From positions 1,056,001-1,120,000 of the forward strand of contig CAVTRN010000002.1 of the NCBI GenBank assembly GCA_963737155.1: a stretch of DNA of 64,000 nt, given 5' to 3'. The position numbers and the translations under genes were made by a program. Source of the DNA: Nitrospirota bacterium (GTDB lineage: Bacteria; Nitrospirota; UBA9217). Under the pieces are notes generated by a model that saw nothing but the letters and a program-made list of their open reading frames with translations, made no database searches and was not told the DNA's origin. Positions 51,615-59,953 of the stretch are shown piece by piece. Position 1 is the first letter of the stretch. Each line of letters starts with the position of its first letter.

Positions 51615-51856
51615 CGCATTTCCTGACGTTGCTAAAGAAGTGATGTTTCATCGATAATTATTTACCTGCCCACCTCAGTTCACTAATAAAACCGTTAGCA
51701 GAAAGGGGGATCATTCACCATAATTCTGATAATTTCGCAGTCTGTCATTTGCGAATGGTTGCGAACGCCATAGATCAGAACCTCCATTTTCGCAAATACT
51801 TTTGAGTTCACCGAATGAATAATGTACTGATATAAATCTATAAGGAGGATTTCCTA

Positions 51857-53035
51857 ATGAGCAAAGATGGTAAGACACCAATGCTAGACGACCTGGAAAA
51901 AGGCGCATGGCCGAGTTTCGTAAAAGAGATCAAAACAGCCGCAAAGAGAAGCAACACGGCTCAAGATCTTCTCGGCATCCTGGAGAGATCTTATAGGGAC
52001 AAAGTCACCCACTGGAAGCACGGAGGGATTGTGGGCGTACTTGGTTACGGCGGGGGCGTTATCGGACGTTACTGCGATCTTCCCGAAGAGTTCCCCGGTG
52101 TGGCCCATTTCCATACCGTTCGTGTAAACCCCCCGTCAGGTTTTTTCTATACCTCCAAGGCACTCAAAGAACTGTGCGATATCTGGGATAAATACGGCAG
52201 CGGCATGACGAACATGCACGGATCTACTGGTGATATGATTTGGCTTGGCACTCAAACCGACAAGCTCGAGCCAATCTTCGCCGAGATAACTGCAAAGGGA
52301 TGGGACCTCGGCGGTTCCGGTTCATGCCTTCGTACTCCGAGTTCCTGCGTGGGCATGGCACGCTGCGAGTTTTCGAACATCGATACTATGAACATCTGCC
52401 ACACCTTCACCCAGAAATTCCAGGATGAACTCCATCGTCCTGCATTCCCTTACAAATTCAAGATCAAGGTATCCGGCTGTGCCAATGACTGCACTGCGGC
52501 AGTGGCACGCGCCGACATGTCCATCATCGGCACCTGGCGCGACAACATCCGTATCGACGCGGCTGAGGTGAAGAATTATTCCAAGGACATGGACATCAAG
52601 ACGGAAGTAACCGATATGTGCCCGACCCACTGCATGAGCTGGGACGGCAGCAGTCTCAAGATTAACGACAAGGATTGCAACCGCTGCATGCATTGCATAA
52701 ACCGCATGCCGAAAGCATTGCGTCCTGGCAAAGAGAAGGGCGCGACCATCATGTTGGGCGGAAAGGCCCCAATCGTGACGGGCGCTCTTATGAGCTGGGT
52801 TCTTGTTCCCTTCATGAAGCTTGAGGCACCCTATGATAACCTGGAAGACCTTATCCGCAAGCTGTGGGAATGGTGGGATGAGCATGGAAAGAATCGTGAA
52901 CGTATCGGCGAACTCGTCGACCGTATGGGCATGAGATCCATGCTTGAAGCCACCGGCATCCCGCCGGTCCCGCAGATGGTAAAGGCACCGAGGACCAACC
53001 CCTATGTGTTCTGGGCAGAGGGTGAAGTGCAGTAG
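51857..53035 (+). CDS. dsrA: Dissimilatory sulfite reductase alpha subunit
   Basis: TPMLDDLEKGAWPSFV, THWKHGGIVGV, CX5C...FPYKFKIK..GCANDC. Confidence 0.99.
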   Translation: MSKDGKTPMLDDLEKGAWPSFVKEIKTAAKRSNTAQDLLGILERSYRDKVTHWKHGGIVGVLGYGGGVIGRYCDLPEEFPGVAHFHTVRVNPPSGFFYTSKALKELCDIWDKYGSGMTNMHGSTGDMIWLGTQTDKLEPIFAEITAKGWDLGGSGSCLRTPSSCVGMARCEFSNIDTMNICHTFTQKFQDELHRPAFPYKFKIKVSGCANDCTAAVARADMSIIGTWRDNIRIDAAEVKNYSKDMDIKTEVTDMCPTHCMSWDGSSLKINDKDCNRCMHCINRMPKALRPGKEKGATIMLGGKAPIVTGALMSWVLVPFMKLEAPYDNLEDLIRKLWEWWDEHGKNRERIGELVDRMGMRSMLEATGIPPVPQMVKAPRTNPYVFWAEGEVQ

Positions 53036-53076
53036 TCATACACTGATTCGAATAATATCAAGGAGGGAAACCTATA

Positions 53077-54150
53077 ATGGCTGACAAACCGAAAAGAATA
53101 ACAGATCTTGGTGCACCCGACTACCATAAATTTCTGCCTCCCGTAATCACAAAAAATTATGGAAAGTGGAAGTACCATGAATATATCAACAAAGGTACGA
53201 TGAAGCATGTGTCCGAAACCGGCGACGAGCTGTATACTGTCCGCATCGCAACGTCCCGTCTTGTAAGCACCGACTTCATCCGTGAGATGTGTGATCTCGC
53301 TGAAAAATTCAGCGGCGGGCACCTCCGCTGGACGACCCGCCATAACGTCGAATTTTTCCCGGCAAAGGAGCAGGTTGACGCTCTTCAGGTAGAACTCAAG
53401 AAACGCGGCCACCTTGTCGGTGGTATCGGCTACGGCATCAGCAATGTGGTACATACTCAGGGATGGATCCATTGCCACACCCCTGCCACGGACGCTTCGG
53501 GTGTTGTGAAGGCGGTCATGGACGAACTTCATGAATACTTTACCACGAAGAGTCTTCCGGCACGCGTCAGAATCGCCTTGGCCTGCTGCCTGAATATGTG
53601 CGGCGCAGTCCACTGCTCTGACATTGCCATACTCGGGATTCACCGCAAACCCCCGAAGGTAAACGAGGCTACGCTCGGAAACCAGTGCGAAATTCCGACG
53701 ACTATTGCATCGTGCCCCACGGGCGCCATCAGCCCGAACCCGGCAACGAAATCAGTGAAAATCAAGGCCGAGCGCTGTATGTATTGCGGCAACTGCTATA
53801 CCATGTGCCCATCACTTCCGATCGCCGATGGGACTGGTGACGGCATTTCCATCTATGTCGGTGGCAAGGTGTCGAATGCACGCGGGCCAGCCCGCATGTC
53901 CAAGCTTGTTATCCCGTTTCTTCCGAACAATCCGCCACGCTGGCCCGAAACGGTCAAGGCGGTCAAGCATCTTGTCGAGGTCTATGCTCAGAATGCTAAA
54001 AAACATGAACGGATGGGCGAATGGATCGAGCGCATCGGCTGGGAGCGGTTTTTCAAACTGACCGGCCTGGCATTTACGTATCAGCACATTGATGACTTCA
54101 CCTTTGCCCGTGATACATTCAGAATGACCCCCACATTCAAGTGGGAATAA
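53077..54150 (+). CDS. dsrB: Dissimilatory sulfite reductase beta subunit
   Basis: [45 protein letters not shown]. Confidence 0.99.
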   Translation: MADKPKRITDLGAPDYHKFLPPVITKNYGKWKYHEYINKGTMKHVSETGDELYTVRIATSRLVSTDFIREMCDLAEKFSGGHLRWTTRHNVEFFPAKEQVDALQVELKKRGHLVGGIGYGISNVVHTQGWIHCHTPATDASGVVKAVMDELHEYFTTKSLPARVRIALACCLNMCGAVHCSDIAILGIHRKPPKVNEATLGNQCEIPTTIASCPTGAISPNPATKSVKIKAERCMYCGNCYTMCPSLPIADGTGDGISIYVGGKVSNARGPARMSKLVIPFLPNNPPRWPETVKAVKHLVEVYAQNAKKHERMGEWIERIGWERFFKLTGLAFTYQHIDDFTFARDTFRMTPTFKWE

Positions 54151-54173
54151 GCCTTATCGTCCGGACTCCATGT

Positions 54174-54204
54174 CGGCCCCGGTATTCATCCGGGGCCGGT
54201 TTTT
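54174..54204 (+). terminator. Terminator-like hairpin between dsrB and dsrD
   Basis: GGCCCCGG-TATTCAT-CCGGGGCC followed by GGTTTTT. Confidence 0.65.
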
Positions 54205-54240
54205 CTGATGCTGTGAACAACATAACCGGAGGGGGAAACT

Positions 54241-54477
54241 ATGGACGCCGCAGAACTGCAGAAAAAAGTTTATGAACTGGTAGAAAAGAACATGGGGAAA
54301 AAGAAGATGAAAGCCGGCGACATCACTAAGGCCATGGAAGCCGAAGGCGCAAGCAGGGATGAAGTCAAGGCAGCCATTCGTGAGCTTGTTGACGGCGGCA
54401 GGCTGGTGTATTCGTATTTCGGCGGAAGTTTCATAGAAATTCCTCATACGGAAGGCTCGGCCAACCCACAATCATAA
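54241..54477 (+). CDS. dsrD: DsrD
   Basis: 78 aa winged-helix-like, ELVDGGRLVYSYFGGS, directly after dsrB. Confidence 0.85.
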   Translation: MDAAELQKKVYELVEKNMGKKKMKAGDITKAMEAEGASRDEVKAAIRELVDGGRLVYSYFGGSFIEIPHTEGSANPQS

Positions 54478-55895
54478 TGCAGAATATTCCGAGGCTGGTG
54501 CTTTCAGCCACCCGGGGAGGGCTCGGCAAGACAACGCTCTCAATCGGGATTGTCGCTGCTTGGAGAAAAGCCGGCAGACAGGTTGCGGTTTTTAAAAAAG
54601 GGCCTGATTTCATCGATGCGGGTTGGCTGGGCGTTGCAGCCGGAAAACCCTGCTACAATCTTGATCTTTTCATGATGGGGCAGGAGTGCATCAAAAAGTC
54701 ATTCCAGGAACATACAAAGGGTTCCGATGCCGCCATCATTGAAGGCAACAGGGGACTCTTTGATGGTGTTGATGAATCAGGGACTTACAGTACGGCACGG
54801 CTAGCCGGTTTGTTAAAAGCTCCGGTGGCGCTTATTGTCGACTGTACAAAAGCTACGAGTACCGTCGCAGCAACGGTATTAGGATGCAGACAGTATGATC
54901 CATCGGTCAATCTGGCGGGGGTCATCCTCAATAATGTATCGTCAACGCGTCACGAGAGTGTAATCAGAAAGGCTATCGCACAAAGCAGTGATCTCCCTGT
55001 AGTTGGTGCAGTCCCTCGGCAACGGGGGGATGCTTTTCCGGAACGGCACATGGGATTGACGCCGTTTCACGAACATCCTGAAATGCAGCAGGCAATATCT
55101 TCGTCAACGTCCCTTGTGGAAAGCTATCTTGATCTTGATGCGTTGTGGTCAATTGCCTGTGCGACGCCGGAGATCGAGTGTGCGCCGAGCGCATCAGCCG
55201 ATGACCCTGTCACGACACGAGGTGATCGGGTCGTGATTGGAGTGATCAGGGATCGAGCGTTTCAGTTTTATTACCCTGATAACCTGGAGGCACTGGAGAG
55301 CCAGGGGGCCACGCTCAGAGAAATAAACGCGCTTCACGACAGGGCACTGCCCGGTGATATCGATGCGCTCTATATTGGCGGCGGTTTTCCCGAAACTCAG
55401 GCCGCGGAGCTGGCGGGAAATGAAAGTTTTTGCGCATCAGTGCGGAATGCGGTGGAAACCGGCTTGCCTGTTTACGCTGAGTGTGGCGGACTCATTTATC
55501 TTGGTAGGAGTCTTATCGTCGGCAGTGAACGCTTTCCTATGACCGCAGTGCTGCCGGTTGATTTTGTGCTTGAAAAAAGTCCGCAGGCGCATGGTTATAC
55601 GATCCTGAAAACAAGCGACTCAAGCACGTTCCTTGAAAAAGGCATTGGCATTCGTGGTCATGAGTTCCACTATTCCAGGATTTACCATATTGACGGAAAT
55701 CCGTTAATGGCGTATCATGTTGCGAGGGGTTCCGGTATAAATGGTATGGGGGATGGCATCATCTATAAAAACGTATTAGCTTCCTATACTCATATCCATT
55801 CCTTGGCTACACCGCAATGGGCACCTGCCATGATACGCATTGCCCGTAAACGCCGCAATGCTCTAGTCGAACTAAGAGAACAGGGGATCTCGTGA
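54477..55895 (+). CDS. dsrN: Siroheme amidase (cobyrinate a,c-diamide synthase-like)
   Basis: GGLGKT, KKGPDFID, IEGNRGLFDG, GGGFPE, AECGG, GHEFHYS; inside the dsr cluster. Confidence 0.9.
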   Translation: MQNIPRLVLSATRGGLGKTTLSIGIVAAWRKAGRQVAVFKKGPDFIDAGWLGVAAGKPCYNLDLFMMGQECIKKSFQEHTKGSDAAIIEGNRGLFDGVDESGTYSTARLAGLLKAPVALIVDCTKATSTVAATVLGCRQYDPSVNLAGVILNNVSSTRHESVIRKAIAQSSDLPVVGAVPRQRGDAFPERHMGLTPFHEHPEMQQAISSSTSLVESYLDLDALWSIACATPEIECAPSASADDPVTTRGDRVVIGVIRDRAFQFYYPDNLEALESQGATLREINALHDRALPGDIDALYIGGGFPETQAAELAGNESFCASVRNAVETGLPVYAECGGLIYLGRSLIVGSERFPMTAVLPVDFVLEKSPQAHGYTILKTSDSSTFLEKGIGIRGHEFHYSRIYHIDGNPLMAYHVARGSGINGMGDGIIYKNVLASYTHIHSLATPQWAPAMIRIARKRRNALVELREQGIS

Positions 55896-56251
55896 ATCCA
55901 GGGACAAGGGGGAGTATTGAGCCAACCTGCCCTTTTTGCAGTAGTAAACTTGAACCTCCCAAAACCATGGTTCTCAATGTCATGGAAAGCGTTGAGGGGG
56001 GAACATGCAAGACCTGTGGCGCGTTCTACATCGCCGATCCGACGGGCAAGAACCTCGGAGAGGTGATGATGCAGGCGCTCGGGGTGGTGGCGGAAACGTT
56101 GTCAAAAGACATGGCTGACATGGTTCTCGGAGAGGATTACGAAGACGCGGTTTTGAATTATGATATCCGGACACATCGTTCCACAGGGATCAGCAGAGGT
56201 TTTAATGGCCAGGGACGGCTTTATATACTAAATGTAAAACGCAAATTATAA
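55892..56251 (+). CDS. Uncharacterised Cys-rich (CPFC...CKTC) protein in the dsr cluster
   Basis: GTG start overlaps dsrN stop; two CxxC pairs. Confidence 0.8.
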   Translation: MNPGTRGSIEPTCPFCSSKLEPPKTMVLNVMESVEGGTCKTCGAFYIADPTGKNLGEVMMQALGVVAETLSKDMADMVLGEDYEDAVLNYDIRTHRSTGISRGFNGQGRLYILNVKRKL

Positions 56252-56364
56252 TGGCGGGCATTAAGGTTTGTTTTGAGCGGACCACGGGTGATGCAGGAAC
56301 CGGGAATTACAGTTGAGGGAGCTAATGAGGCGCCCGAACACAATTAACGAAAGGGGACAAAAAG

Positions 56365-56700
56365 ATGGGAACAATTTCGGTAGCGGGTAAAACGATCGAA
56401 GTGGATGAGGACGGCTTCCTGGCTAATCTGGACGACTGGAGTATGGATGTGGCCAAATACTTTGCGGAGGTTGAGGGAATCGAGATGTCCGACCAGCACT
56501 GGGAAGTAGTGAATTTCCTCCGTGACTACTACAAGCAGTATCAGATCGCGCCCATGATCAAGATTCTGGTGAAGGAGATCGGCAAGAAACTTGGGCCCGA
56601 AAAAGGCAATACCAAGTACCTTTATGAGCTTTATCCGGGCGGTCCGGCAAAGCAGGCTTGCAAAATCGCGGGTCTTCCGAAACCGACTGGCTGCGTATAG
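56365..56700 (+). CDS. dsrC: Sulfur carrier DsrC
   Basis: VDEDGFL, HWEVVNFLR, C-terminal ACKIAGLPKPTGCV with both CX10C cysteines. Confidence 0.97.
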   Translation: MGTISVAGKTIEVDEDGFLANLDDWSMDVAKYFAEVEGIEMSDQHWEVVNFLRDYYKQYQIAPMIKILVKEIGKKLGPEKGNTKYLYELYPGGPAKQACKIAGLPKPTGCV

Positions 56701-56863
56701 TAACTAGAAATTTCCCGAATTAATTCGGTTGTGAGCGCCTCTAACTTTTAAAGTGGCGGCCTGACCTGAGGAAAAAGTATCGGCCGACTTTACCTGATAT
56801 GCGGCAAGTGTCAGGGTGTGCGACAACGGTCGGGTACACAAAATTCAGGAGGAAGTGACCGTT

Positions 56864-57049
56864 ATGTACATGGTTGCAGTTGACAAAAAAAAGTGCGACG
56901 GTTGTGGCACCTGCGTAAATGTTTGTCCTCAATCCGTTTTCAAAATGGAGGGAGACAAGTCTGAACCGGTGAACATGTCCGAATGCATTAATTGCCTTAC
57001 CTGCGTTGAGAATTGCCCGCAGCAGGCGATTACGGTTACTGAGATATAA
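56864..57049 (+). CDS. 2[4Fe-4S] ferredoxin
   Basis: CDGCGTCVNVCP and CINCLTCVENCP; SD AGGAGG. Confidence 0.93.
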   Translation: MYMVAVDKKKCDGCGTCVNVCPQSVFKMEGDKSEPVNMSECINCLTCVENCPQQAITVTEI

Positions 57050-57076
57050 TGCGGTAACATTGAGTCATACCGAAAG

Positions 57077-57108
57077 GGGATAGTTGAAAAATTATCCCCT
57101 GTTTTTTT
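57077..57108 (+). terminator. Rho-independent terminator after ferredoxin
   Basis: GGGGATAGT...ATTATCCCC-TG-T7. Confidence 0.7.
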
Positions 57109-57135
57109 ATATCGAACTTGCTCTCGGGAGGTGAG

Positions 57136-57438
57136 ATGATGAAGCTAGCGGTTTTTTTAAGCGATTGGAGAAGGACGGAGAACAGTTTTGAGAGAATGAA
57201 AGCCGACAAGCTCGGCGTTATTCTCGTCGGCAACGGAATCTATCATGCTGTGGTGAAGGAAGGCGGGAAGGAATCCCCCGTGCTTTCGAAGGCGGGCGCG
57301 AACTTCTACGTTCTGTCTGACGATCTGGAAACGAGAGGATATACGGCGGCGAATGTGAATTCAAAGGTGAAAATCATCGGATATGGCGATATCGTCGATC
57401 TGATCATGAATGATTACGAAAAAACGGCGTGGTTGTAG
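57136..57438 (+). CDS. dsrH: DsrH/TusB-family protein
   Basis: VILVGNGIYHA, YVLSDDLETRG, IGYGDIVDL. Confidence 0.85.
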   Translation: MMKLAVFLSDWRRTENSFERMKADKLGVILVGNGIYHAVVKEGGKESPVLSKAGANFYVLSDDLETRGYTAANVNSKVKIIGYGDIVDLIMNDYEKTAWL

Positions 57439-57555
57439 AAATCCGAAAGCGGGGCGCGCTATGGCGGAGGGGGGATTGCAAATGGACGTTATCCTATCCA
57501 CTGCAGGACAGAGGCACCCTGTATCAAATACGACAATTTTATAAGGAGGAGAACT

Positions 57556-57915
57556 ATGGGAGAACTGACAATTGGATCGTTCCCTTCCCTGGTCGGCTCG
57601 ATGTCACTGGATTTTACCTTTAAACTTGCCGAGGCGGCAATCGGCAAAGGGCACAAGGTAAATTTGTGGCTGTCCGGCAACGCGGTGATGATGGCCAAAA
57701 AGGGACAGAAGGCTTTCAAAGATTATTCGCACATGGAAAAACGCATGAAGGAACTTATCGCCAAGGGAATGGAGATTACCGTGTGTGAGGCCTGCGCGGA
57801 AGCGCGAGGTTACCATAAGGAAGACACTCCCGAGGGCATGAAACGCGCCAGTATGGACTGGTATTTGGCGAAGACCGTGAAGACCGACAAGCTGCTTCAT
57901 ATCGGAGGTGAGTAA
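57556..57915 (+). CDS. dsrE: DsrE-family sulfurtransferase
   Basis: AEAAIGKGHKVNLWLSGNAV, VCEACAEARG. Confidence 0.8.
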   Translation: MGELTIGSFPSLVGSMSLDFTFKLAEAAIGKGHKVNLWLSGNAVMMAKKGQKAFKDYSHMEKRMKELIAKGMEITVCEACAEARGYHKEDTPEGMKRASMDWYLAKTVKTDKLLHIGGE

Positions 57916-58329
57916 ATGGGCGCCGTAAAAATATTGTTTGTAGTGCAAAGACCGCCGTACAAGAGCGAGAACCCCCGCCTTGCGCTCACCCATGCTATTT
58001 CAAGCCAGACGGCAGAGATTTATATGGATGACGGGGATTCCGTGGTGCCTACCCTTGTGTTCGTTGGCGACGGAGTGTTGAACGCCGTGAAGAACCAGCA
58101 GGCCATGAAGCTCTACGGTGTGACGAGCACCGAAAGTCATATCAAGAATAGCTTGCTTGTTGACGTGCCCGTCTGGGTATGCAAGGAAGATATGGAACAT
58201 TTCGGCCTGAAGGAAGACCAGATGATCACCGATGCTGAAGAGCTCGGCGGGGAGCTGAAGACGAAATTCGTCAGTTTCGCAGAGATTCAAAAAGAGATGG
58301 AATCGGTCAAACATCTTCTCTTCTTCTAA
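57916..58329 (+). CDS. dsrF: DsrF/TusC-family protein
   Basis: ILFVVQRPPY, VFVGDGVL..VKNQ, VWVCKEDM. Confidence 0.8.
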   Translation: MGAVKILFVVQRPPYKSENPRLALTHAISSQTAEIYMDDGDSVVPTLVFVGDGVLNAVKNQQAMKLYGVTSTESHIKNSLLVDVPVWVCKEDMEHFGLKEDQMITDAEELGGELKTKFVSFAEIQKEMESVKHLLFF

Positions 58330-58338
58330 TGTTACGTA

Positions 58339-58360
58339 CCCTGCAGCAATTGCTGCAGGG
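58339..58360. repeat. Perfect 22-bp palindrome (REP / IS605-end-like)
   Basis: CCCTGCAGCAATTGCTGCAGGG. Confidence 0.8.
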
Positions 58361-58389
58361 ATGTTTGCTATCAGTTCATCAAAGAAAAA

Positions 58390-58905
58390 ATGAAGCTTAA
58401 AGAGCATTTAACGGAAAAGAAAACCGACATTCTGCGAAAATGGTTTGATGCCGTTGTGGAGACCTATCCGAACGAGACGTCCACCTTTTTAAAAAAGCAG
58501 AAAGCCCAGTTTACGAATCCCGTCGGTTATACGCTTTCGGAAGGGCTCGAACATCTTTTCGACGCACTGCTGCGGGGAATGCTTCCTGACACCGTATCAC
58601 GGTTTCTCGACAGCATTATAAGAATCCGCGCCATCCAGGCATTCACCCCTTCCGAGGCCGTTTTATTCATTTTCCAGCTCAAGAAGCTGGTCCGTCAGGA
58701 ACTCGGGACTGAGATCCTGCACCAGCAGGGGATTGTCGAGGAACTGGCGGCCTTTGATTCAGCGACCGATGATCTGGCTCTCTATGCGTTCGATCTTTAC
58801 ATGAAATGCAGGGAAAAAATTTACGATATCAAGGCAAACGAAGCTAGAAACATGACCTTCAGGCTATTGCAGCAGGCGCGTCTTATCGTTGACAACCAGG
58901 ACTGA
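58390..58905 (+). CDS. dsrT: DsrT (RsbRD N-terminal domain protein)
   Basis: QFTNPVG, IIRIRAIQAFTPSEAV, AFDLYMKCREKIY; directly before dsrM. Confidence 0.92.
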   Translation: MKLKEHLTEKKTDILRKWFDAVVETYPNETSTFLKKQKAQFTNPVGYTLSEGLEHLFDALLRGMLPDTVSRFLDSIIRIRAIQAFTPSEAVLFIFQLKKLVRQELGTEILHQQGIVEELAAFDSATDDLALYAFDLYMKCREKIYDIKANEARNMTFRLLQQARLIVDNQD

Positions 58906-58958
58906 GGCCGGTGAAGACCGTTCCGAGCTGTTAACCTAAAACGAAAAGAGGTAACGAA

Positions 58959-59951
58959 ATGAAAGCCTTATCTGCATTCATCGTAGTACTGTTCCTTGTA
59001 CTAGTTGCCTATATGGGGGTGGAGACGGCAAATGCGCACTTTCTCTTTGGCGTTGTTTTCCCCTACGCGGCTGTTGCCCTCTTCATCGGGGGCATGATCT
59101 TCCGAATCCTCAAATGGGGCAGCGCGCCGGTCCCTTTCCGCATTCCGACGACTTGCGGGCAGCAGAAGTCGTTCTCATGGATCAAACACAGTAAGCTTGA
59201 AAATCCTTCGGGAACAATCGGGGTGATGGGCAGGATGGCTCTCGAAGTCCTGTTTTTCCGTTCGCTTTTCAGAAACCTCAAAACACAAATGCAGGACGGT
59301 GGAAAACTGACGTATGGAGAGGCCAAATGGCTCTGGGCCGCCGGTCTGGCATTTCACTGGTCTTTTCTCATCGTACTTATCAGGCATTTACGGTTCTTTA
59401 CCCAGCAGGTACCGGCGGCAGTGCAGATGGTCGCGGAGCTCGACAGCTTCCTCCAGATTGGAGTGCCGCTTCTATACATGACCGATGCCGTACTCCTTGC
59501 TGCCGTAACCTATCTCTTTATTAGAAGAATCAGCTTGCCCCAGGTTCGTTATATCTCCCTCATGAATGATTATTTTCCTCTGTTCCTGATCTTTGGGATT
59601 GCGCTTTCCGGTGTGCTCATGCGGTACTTTTTTAAAACAAACATCGTGAGCGTAAAGATGCTTGCCATGAGCCTCGTCAGCTTCAAACCGGAAGTTCCCC
59701 AGGGGATAGACGCGATCTTCTACATTCACCTGTTTCTCTTGTGCACGTTGTTTGCTTATTTCCCGTTTAGCAAACTTGTGCATATGGCCGGCGTATTCAT
59801 GAGCCCCACCCGTGTGCTGGCTAATACCAGCCGTGTGAAGCGGCATATTAACCCCTGGAATTACCCCGTCCATGTTCATACCTATGAAGAATACGAAAAC
59901 GACTTCAGGGCAAAGATGAAAGATGCCGGCCTGCCGGTAGAAAAGGAGTAA
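58959..59951 (+). CDS. dsrM: DsrM membrane cytochrome b
   Basis: PVPFRIPTTCGQQ, AFHWS...IRHLR, IHL...PFSKLVH. Confidence 0.96.
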   Translation: MKALSAFIVVLFLVLVAYMGVETANAHFLFGVVFPYAAVALFIGGMIFRILKWGSAPVPFRIPTTCGQQKSFSWIKHSKLENPSGTIGVMGRMALEVLFFRSLFRNLKTQMQDGGKLTYGEAKWLWAAGLAFHWSFLIVLIRHLRFFTQQVPAAVQMVAELDSFLQIGVPLLYMTDAVLLAAVTYLFIRRISLPQVRYISLMNDYFPLFLIFGIALSGVLMRYFFKTNIVSVKMLAMSLVSFKPEVPQGIDAIFYIHLFLLCTLFAYFPFSKLVHMAGVFMSPTRVLANTSRVKRHINPWNYPVHVHTYEEYENDFRAKMKDAGLPVEKE

Positions 59952-59953
59952 TC

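Noticed and set aside
51640-51830. GTGA/TTCAC half-sites as possible Rex operators
   Set aside because: No properly spaced TTGTGAA-N4-TTCACAA palindrome was found.
54477-55895. Annotation as cobalamin-synthesis cbiA/cobB
   Set aside because: Its position directly after dsrD, with no cob genes nearby, indicates dsrN.
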